Source: an uncultured archaeon
Lineage (GTDB): Archaea; Asgardarchaeota; Thorarchaeia; Thorarchaeales; Thorarchaeaceae
Reading direction: 5' to 3'
Length of the DNA: 64,000 bases
Assembly: GCA_964558645.1 (NCBI GenBank)
Contig: CAZLEV010000011.1
Coordinates: 56,385 to 120,384, forward strand
Under the pieces are notes generated by a model. That model was not told the DNA's origin and did no database searches. It saw nothing but the letters and a program-made list of their open reading frames with translations. Shown here one piece after another: positions 58,006 through 64,000 of this stretch. The translations under genes and the position numbers were made by a program. The first letter of the stretch is position 1, and each line of letters begins with the position of its first letter.

Positions 58006-60330
58006 TTGAACAGGTGGGAACGCTTCGCGGAGGACAGGAACTTGACTAGAACCAGGATTGCATCGCTCTTCATAATCGGGCTACTGACATTCGTTATAGT
58101 CGTCCAGATCGCATCCGTCACGACTCATCACGAGGAAAACGACGGAATGTGCGATGACTATGCCGACAGTGAACTCAAACGAACCACCTCGCCATCGGAA
58201 CTGAATCCCGACCGCGTGGAATGGAGGCAGAATAACTTCCCCAATGGTGGATTCGAGCACTGGGACGACATTAACGACCCGGATGAGATCTATACATACA
58301 CGACCTACGAGAAGTACGGTTGGTATGCCACAGCTCCGTGGCCCGTCAATGAGGGTAGCAAATCAGTGGGCCTTCAAATCAAGTCCAACTACCCGGATGA
58401 AACATCCGAGTATCGATTCTCGCAGCAGAGCCAGTCTTCATGGACAAATCCCACGAACACTACACTCAGGTTCGACTTCTATGTTGACGAAACCCCTACT
58501 GACCCAACAGACTGGACATTCTACTTGGAGGTCAGGCTCGGATACAGATACATCTACTACTACCTCGGGCATGAAGTGACGAATAGCAACTCCACAAGTC
58601 GAGCGCACTACCCGATAGAGGGAATCCCAGACACTTGGAACACCTTTGACAGGAATATCACGGAGGACTACATTGCAGTCTTTAGCGAGGCTCCAACCGA
58701 ATACAGGACTGCATTCTTCTATCTGTATGACTACACCAATGAGTATGCACGGGTGTTTCTTGATGATTTCTGGCTTATCAACGGTACTGACGTGGTTATC
58801 GGAGGCAACGTTCTCAATGGAAACTTCGAGGGAGGGGCCGGATGGTACCTCTACACTCCGAACGATGCATCGTTCATCGAGCAGAGCACGGATCGGATTG
58901 AGGGAAACTGGAGCCTGAATGCCACATCCGTATCACTTGGAAACCGGAGCGATTGTCGATTCTCGTCAAGCCTCGATGAGCGACTGACAGCTCAGAACAC
59001 AGACACGTTTCAGCTCTGGTGGAAGATTGATGATTGGACGGTCTATGATGCGAATACCTACGCATATGTCGTGGTCTATGCATACAATCGAAGCCATGAT
59101 TTCACGTTGTATTACCCCCTAGCCTATGGTGGTGACGAACCCAGCTGGGTTGGTGCGGGGAACATAGTGGTGGAACCAGAGGGCTTTAACACGACAGGCA
59201 CCTGGTTCCTGTTGAATACCAGCATCTGGGATGATATCAGAGCCTCGAATCAGACTGACGAACTCTTCGTGGAAGAACTTGAGTTCAGGATGTTCACAGA
59301 CGCAGAAGGAGCCAGGTCGGTTGTGCTCTTCGACGGTCTTCGGTTCATAAGCTCCGCACTGAACGACCGTGATTACGAGGATCAGGGTGCAGTTGGTGAA
59401 CCGATACAGGGCTGGGATGGAAGCTACGAGTCCGGTCCATCCCCATTCACCGTGACAGATGAGGCATTCAATGGCAACAAGGCAGCGAACCTCACCGTCA
59501 AAGATGGAGAGTCGTATTCGGCGGGACAAGATCTTGCATACCGACCATTGAACGCCTCCACTGATGCCTTCCTTCAGTTCAGCTGGATGCTGAAGAACTT
59601 CACCGGCCTTGAATACGAAGAGGCCTACCTGGATGTCTACTTCGATGACAAGAGCATCGCCTACGTGTTCGGAAATGGAAGTCCTATATCAGATGATGGC
59701 GAGGACTACTACACCATACTCCTGAATCCTGAGAATGAAACTGACACATGGTTCACAGAGGTGCGTTCTCTGTATCACGACTACATCGACGGCTTCGGCA
59801 CGGCTCCCGACACACACATCTCAGAGGTGTATCTTTATGCCGATTCTGATACTAACGGGTCTATCGAGATACTCTTTGACGACTTCTATCTCTACAGCGA
59901 TACGATTGCGCCCGATGTCAGTATCACGAACCCTGCTAACGGGTCAACTGTCGATGGCGTCGTGGCAATCGAAGTGAGCGCCTATGACGGTGGGAGTGGT
60001 GTTGCCCAAGTGGAATTCTGGGTTGAAGGAACTTCCGAGTACAACGACACGACATCACCGTTCAGCTATGAGTGGGATACAACAGGCCTAGCAAACGGCA
60101 CCTACTCTGTGACCGCGAGAGCATATGATGGAGCAGGTAACTGGGCCGAGGTGACCCACTACTACACCATCAGCCGTACGGATACCACCACGACGACCAC
60201 AACCTCGGGTACGACAACAAGCACGACTGCTGTACCACCAGGTGATCTGACGGGAATCCTCATACTTGTGGTTGTTGTCGGCCTGATAGTAGTCACGATG
60301 ATATTCATCTATTCCAGAAGGAGAGAGTAG
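58006..60330 (+). CDS. Membrane-anchored surface glycoprotein: three CBM-like beta-sandwich repeats + Ig-like domain + Thr-rich stalk
   Basis: Repeats NGGFE/NGNFE/DRDYE ... W..F.R.I..DY ... FLDDF/FDGL/FDDF; poly-Thr; TM + RRRE; many NxS/T sequons. Confidence 0.8.
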   Translation: MNRWERFAEDRNLTRTRIASLFIIGLLTFVIVVQIASVTTHHEENDGMCDDYADSELKRTTSPSELNPDRVEWRQNNFPNGGFEHWDDINDPDEIYTYTTYEKYGWYATAPWPVNEGSKSVGLQIKSNYPDETSEYRFSQQSQSSWTNPTNTTLRFDFYVDETPTDPTDWTFYLEVRLGYRYIYYYLGHEVTNSNSTSRAHYPIEGIPDTWNTFDRNITEDYIAVFSEAPTEYRTAFFYLYDYTNEYARVFLDDFWLINGTDVVIGGNVLNGNFEGGAGWYLYTPNDASFIEQSTDRIEGNWSLNATSVSLGNRSDCRFSSSLDERLTAQNTDTFQLWWKIDDWTVYDANTYAYVVVYAYNRSHDFTLYYPLAYGGDEPSWVGAGNIVVEPEGFNTTGTWFLLNTSIWDDIRASNQTDELFVEELEFRMFTDAEGARSVVLFDGLRFISSALNDRDYEDQGAVGEPIQGWDGSYESGPSPFTVTDEAFNGNKAANLTVKDGESYSAGQDLAYRPLNASTDAFLQFSWMLKNFTGLEYEEAYLDVYFDDKSIAYVFGNGSPISDDGEDYYTILLNPENETDTWFTEVRSLYHDYIDGFGTAPDTHISEVYLYADSDTNGSIEILFDDFYLYSDTIAPDVSITNPANGSTVDGVVAIEVSAYDGGSGVAQVEFWVEGTSEYNDTTSPFSYEWDTTGLANGTYSVTARAYDGAGNWAEVTHYYTISRTDTTTTTTTSGTTTSTTAVPPGDLTGILILVVVVGLIVVTMIFIYSRRRE

Positions 60331-60529
60331 ACTGGGAAGAGGCTGATGCCATCGCAGGGTTGCCGCTCATTGCACGTAGGACAAACCTAGACACCAAAGA
60401 GCCGCCTCTCGGGTAACAGCACTGGGTGTTCTCTGTCGTGGCATTCGTCTCTGCCCCACCTCACTGGGTATTAACGGGTTTGCTACAGGGCTGGATGATA
60501 CAATCCACGGTCAGCGAGAGAGGAGTTAG

Positions 60530-61096
60530 TCACACGCATCTGCCAGAACTACGAGTGCCGTATGTTTCTGCAATCGCCTCCCGGTATGCTAGTCCAACCT
60601 CGTCATCTCTTAAGAGAAGCCGTATTCTTGCAGATTCATACTCGCGCCTGATAGACGGGTTTCGTCCCGCCTCGCCCTCAATATGTACCAAGATATCCAT
60701 GAGATTCCCTTCCCGATACTGTATCTCGATGGTTCGTTCGAGGGTCTCACCCAGAGCCGGAAGAGAGTCGCCATCATCATTCTTGAAACGTAGGTCTACT
60801 ATAGCATAGACAAGAAGAGGCATCACCAGCACCATCAGCAGTACGTAGGCCATGTTGAACCCGGGTAGTCTGAAGTCAATCCACAGCGCAGGAACAACCC
60901 AGACGCCAAGCATGGCAAGTGTTAGGATCTCGTAGGTCAGGAGTGCCCTTGATCGAGTAGCAAAAGCTCTCTGTCCAAGACGTTGGACTTCCCTAGGGCC
61001 CGTATTCGAACGCGCCGACCTTTCCGCAATCAGAAGCAAAAGAACGACTGATGTTACGACAGCCATTGCTGACAGGAGCACAACGAGTGCCTCCAT
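60530..61096 (-). CDS. 3-TM membrane protein (candidate immunity protein)
   Basis: Start ATG 61096 (MEALVV); hydrophobic helices + charged C-terminus; resembles 61405..61785. Confidence 0.6.
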   Translation of the reverse strand: MEALVVLLSAMAVVTSVVLLLLIAERSARSNTGPREVQRLGQRAFATRSRALLTYEILTLAMLGVWVVPALWIDFRLPGFNMAYVLLMVLVMPLLVYAIVDLRFKNDDGDSLPALGETLERTIEIQYREGNLMDILVHIEGEAGRNPSIRREYESARIRLLLRDDEVGLAYREAIAETYGTRSSGRCV

Positions 61097-61101
61097 CCCT
61101 G

Positions 61102-61248
61102 TTAATCCTCTCCTCTCATGACGAAATTCCACCAAGTCAACTGGAGGTGCTCTGCCCCTCTGCTGTTGTACGCCAGCCCTTGGATCATCACTACAACGAA
61201 GAGGAGCCCTATTGCAGCAAACAGATTCAACGCAAGGATGACGCTCAA
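61102..61248 (-). pseudogene. Orphan hydrophobic C-terminal fragment
   Basis: 48 open codons LSVILALNLFAAIGLLFVVVMIQ...MRGED*, preceded by in-frame TAGs; stop 5 nt before ATG 61096. Confidence 0.4.
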
Positions 61249-61404
61249 CTACAACCACCCGCTCTACGGCTACTCCATCTGGGAATGTCCCCGGGAATAA
61301 CAGTCATCTATCTCATAAATATCCTTCTTGAAAGGAGAGCGACTCTAATCTGCTTGGCTTCCCTCAGGCTAAGGACAAGTCTTTCGCATTCACGTTCGAC
61401 CAAG

Positions 61405-61785
61405 TTAATCAGTCGGTTCTCTTTCGCCTGCAGAGTACCGAAGAATGCCAAGGACCAGCAGAGCCAGTTCCAGAGGCAGGATGTACCCCAACAGCCATCT
61501 CGTGCCCTCGGAAAGGAGGTATCCATCGAACACGATAACACTGACAACGGTCAGGATAAAGAGGGCAAGAAGAGTCAATTTCTGCATGTTCGATATAGTT
61601 CCTGGGCTCATATTGTAGAATCTCTGGATTGGGCGGGGTTCCGATTCCACAAACTCCTTTGGTACGCCTTCAGCGGCGGTCGAGTTCACAAGACTTGCCT
61701 TCTCTAGTAATACTACAGTGACTCCCAGTACAACCAGTACCATGTAGATGAACCCAAGAAGAACGCTCTCTAGAATACCAATCAA
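61405..61785 (-). CDS. Small 3-TM membrane protein (candidate immunity protein; possibly frameshift-truncated)
   Basis: Three hydrophobic helices; GGAGGT upstream; an overlapping frame continues to 61308. Confidence 0.6.
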   Translation of the reverse strand: MIGILESVLLGFIYMVLVVLGVTVVLLEKASLVNSTAAEGVPKEFVESEPRPIQRFYNMSPGTISNMQKLTLLALFILTVVSVIVFDGYLLSEGTRWLLGYILPLELALLVLGILRYSAGEREPTD

Positions 61786-61856
61786 GTCTCAACCTCCGAA
61801 GAGTATTCATTGTAGCGCGGTTTAATCCTTGTTAGCTTCGGTCAAGGTGGATGTGA

Positions 61857-62243
61857 TCATCCAGCGGGTCCACAGGGGTCACCGTATCGCCCATGGCTTG
61901 CCTCAATCCTGAACCGTCTGAAGCTGCGAATAAACTGGACATAGCCGCAGGTGAGTGCAAGGGCGAGAAACACTTCAATGAGAGGAAAGCGGATTCCAAA
62001 GTGAGGCTGCATGAGTATCTGGTAGCAGAGCGATCCCCACCACAAAAACGCCACCACAAAAGTGAGCAACACCCCTACCACCTCAATCACTGACCATGTT
62101 CTCGCGGCTATGTCGCCACTTAGCAATCTGGACTCTTTCGCCCATAGGAGTAGTGCTCCTCCGACCGGTAGCGTGCCTATTAAGAACACTGGCAGACTTG
62201 CCAGCAAGAATAACAGCAAATCAACCCAGAAATCCATTTCCAA
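61857..62243 (-). CDS. Small 3-TM membrane protein (candidate immunity protein)
   Basis: Hydrophobic helices; start abuts the TGA of the upstream decayed fragment. Confidence 0.6.
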   Translation of the reverse strand: MEMDFWVDLLLFLLASLPVFLIGTLPVGGALLLWAKESRLLSGDIAARTWSVIEVVGVLLTFVVAFLWWGSLCYQILMQPHFGIRFPLIEVFLALALTCGYVQFIRSFRRFRIEASHGRYGDPCGPAG

Positions 62244-62466
62244 TCACCCGAATCTGCCACTATAGGCAGCCCAAGAAGTCATAAAAAAAGATACCTGCAG
62301 CAAGAACAAGATGAGTCCGCGTCAGGACTAACCTCGTCAAAGCCTCGCAGGTCTTGAGAATGGCCTAGGCACTAATCCACTCTGAAAATAGCCCATCTGT
62401 GACTCCAACGAATATATGTCCCATGGCTTCTCTGAAGGCGGCCATTAGGCATGTAACGCCAAGCAC
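62244..62466 (-). pseudogene. Decayed hydrophobic C-terminal fragment
   Basis: VLGVTCLMAAF...ISA*AILK...LVLAAGIFF/MTSWAAYSGRFG*: one TAG (62365-62367) and a 1-nt shift in a 7-T run (62283-62289). Confidence 0.4.
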
Positions 62467-62588
62467 CTATAGATTGGACAAGAACACGATTTCCTACTAT
62501 AGTCACTCTTCCTAGCCCTGTTCTCCTCCTTCGATGTTATCGCGAGTGACCAGCTCTTGCACGATTATTGGCTGTCTTCGTACATCTA

Positions 62589-63035
62589 TCAGCCCGCAGT
62601 AGTTTCATCCTCTTCGGTCTGGGACAGGGAACCACTTAGTACTGAAACCTTCTTGATGTCTTGTATCTTCCATATGACAACCAGCACTGCAAGGGACACA
62701 ACAAACACGAAGCTCGGCCAATGCCAGGTAAGCAAGCCAGAATCCACTTCAACAATGGCCATAAAGCCAAAGTGATACCCTATGACGAGTAGTACCCAGC
62801 CGAACACCACGAGTCCGATTCCCGCAATGTACCAGTAGGTTCTGTTGTTGCGATAGAACGTATACATCATGTGGCCCGTGGTCTCGCTATGTCCACGGAC
62901 TCTCGGCGTGGTCTTCAGGAGGAAGACCTCTAGATACTCAAGAGTCTGCTCTATCACTTCGTTGCCAGCAAATGAAGCAATGATGCCACCAATCAAAAGC
63001 AGGAGTAACAGCCACATATTCCTTCTAACCTCCAT
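62589..63035 (-). CDS. Small 3-TM membrane protein (candidate cognate immunity protein)
   Basis: Overlaps the upstream gene's stop by 11 nt; three hydrophobic segments. Confidence 0.65.
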   Translation of the reverse strand: MEVRRNMWLLLLLLIGGIIASFAGNEVIEQTLEYLEVFLLKTTPRVRGHSETTGHMMYTFYRNNRTYWYIAGIGLVVFGWVLLVIGYHFGFMAIVEVDSGLLTWHWPSFVFVVSLAVLVVIWKIQDIKKVSVLSGSLSQTEEDETTAG

Positions 63036-63999
63036 ATGTCAGAAAATGAATCGTACAAATAATGAACAGCACTCCCATGATTATGAAGACGATTCTTGAC
63101 CATACGGAGAAGGCCACAGCCGCCTTTATGACCTCTACGCTTACTCCCAAGAGCCATCCCAGAAAGCCGAGAAGCACATTAGCAGAGATGCCGCCAACCT
63201 TCTTCAGACCGGCTGCGATAAAGAAGTAAACAAATGTAAGGGTCAAGAAGAATAGCGCTGCACCGCCTGCAGTCCATTGGCCGTTGTCAACCAATCCATG
63301 AGAGACCCACCACGCATAGCCTCCTACTGCTAACATTCCGAGGACGACCGCTCCGATGCCCCAGAAGCCTGTCGCCGGGTTCTGGGCCACCACACACGTA
63401 ATCATAAGAGCGTATGTCATAAGCCCAACCGCCAATGAGAACCCTGCAACAGCAAGTGCATTATTGAAGTCCTCCTCATTCAGCCCCATCGAATTGGAGT
63501 AATACACCGTTGTCGTCTGCAAGAGATCCACTGCCATGTGCAGAATCAATGCAAGTGTATCCGGTCTGAATGCGTAGTAATGCAGTAAGGGCCATGGGCC
63601 GGTCCAGTTCGCATGAATGTTGGCCGCTGCGATCTGAAGGTCACTATCAACTCTACTGTGGGTTCGTGGTGAGATAGACTGGTCTGTTCCGTCGAGGTCA
63701 TTCGTTTCCTCGGGGTCCTCACTCGGTGCGGCCACATCAGGAGTCCCGGGATGACGCCTGCTGAGGTCGCAGACCACGTTGATATCGTGGATGCGCATGT
63801 CCACCAGCGCATAGCTGGAGTGACGGTAACCGAGGATGCCCACGTACTGGATCACCCTGCTGGCGTTGTCCACCTCGGCAATCGGATACGGGTCGCTCTG
63901 CCCGTCGATGGAGGAATAGATGGCGCCCTGGCCACCCATCCACGGGTCCCACCACAGCTTGCCGGTCTTGGTGAAGGACGACGAGGTGTAGCCCGTGTC
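63025..63999 (-). CDS. C-terminal part of a large protein with a multi-helix hydrophobic tip (candidate polymorphic toxin); 5' end outside window
   Basis: Frame open to the window edge (DTGYTSSSFTKTGKLWWDPWMGG...); P/D/E linker, then about 5 Gly/Ala-rich hydrophobic helices. Confidence 0.7.
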   Translation of the reverse strand, partial: DTGYTSSSFTKTGKLWWDPWMGGQGAIYSSIDGQSDPYPIAEVDNASRVIQYVGILGYRHSSYALVDMRIHDINVVCDLSRRHPGTPDVAAPSEDPEETNDLDGTDQSISPRTHSRVDSDLQIAAANIHANWTGPWPLLHYYAFRPDTLALILHMAVDLLQTTTVYYSNSMGLNEEDFNNALAVAGFSLAVGLMTYALMITCVVAQNPATGFWGIGAVVLGMLAVGGYAWWVSHGLVDNGQWTAGGAALFFLTLTFVYFFIAAGLKKVGGISANVLLGFLGWLLGVSVEVIKAAVAFSVWSRIVFIIMGVLFIICTIHFLTYGG

Positions 64000-64000
64000 C

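Noticed and set aside
60181-60230. ACC/ACG short tandem repeats
   Set aside because: They encode the Thr-rich stalk of the surface protein
61051-61707. 218-aa plus-strand ORF
   Set aside because: No protein-like features; it overlaps minus-strand membrane genes that fit the local gene orientation
61240-62470. Amber (TAG) read-through or pyrrolysine recoding to explain the in-frame TAGs
   Set aside because: Many ordinary genes here end in TAG, and one fragment also needs a frameshift; decay is the simpler explanation
1-64000. CRISPR array, rRNA, tRNA, transposase or integrase
   Set aside because: None recognisable by eye; tRNAscan-SE and Infernal would be needed to exclude atypical RNAs

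Overview
A gene-dense, mostly housekeeping and metabolic 64-kb segment of an archaeal chromosome, most likely an Asgard archaeon of the Thorarchaeia type. This placement is inferred from a Rab-like GTPase without prenylation cysteines, a longin-domain protein, an archaeal TrmI, double-Lrp regulators and a bacterial-type THF module. I could not support any rRNA, tRNA, CRISPR array or transposase. Main contents: (i) an fhs-folD-ftcd folate C1 operon next to lplA; (ii) a form IV RuBisCO-like protein and a LarA-family enzyme, each tail-to-tail with an FGGY kinase; (iii) an apparently complete bacillithiol-type cluster (bshB1<-->bshA-bshC) beside glmM, with non-canonical motifs; (iv) eukaryote-like proteins: the Rab-like GTPase, an NPRL2/GATOR1-like longin+winged-helix protein, and a small coiled-coil protein ending in a near-copy of the Ena/VASP F-actin-binding motif; (v) a polX / PRC-barrel / stand-alone LigD-phosphoesterase repair island; (vi) two membrane-anchored surface glycoproteins; (vii) at the right edge, the 3' end of a large gene whose high-GC body switches to a lower-GC hydrophobic tip, followed by small membrane genes and decayed orphan tips, the layout of a polymorphic toxin-immunity array. 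All family assignments come from motif recognition by eye; no database searches were run.
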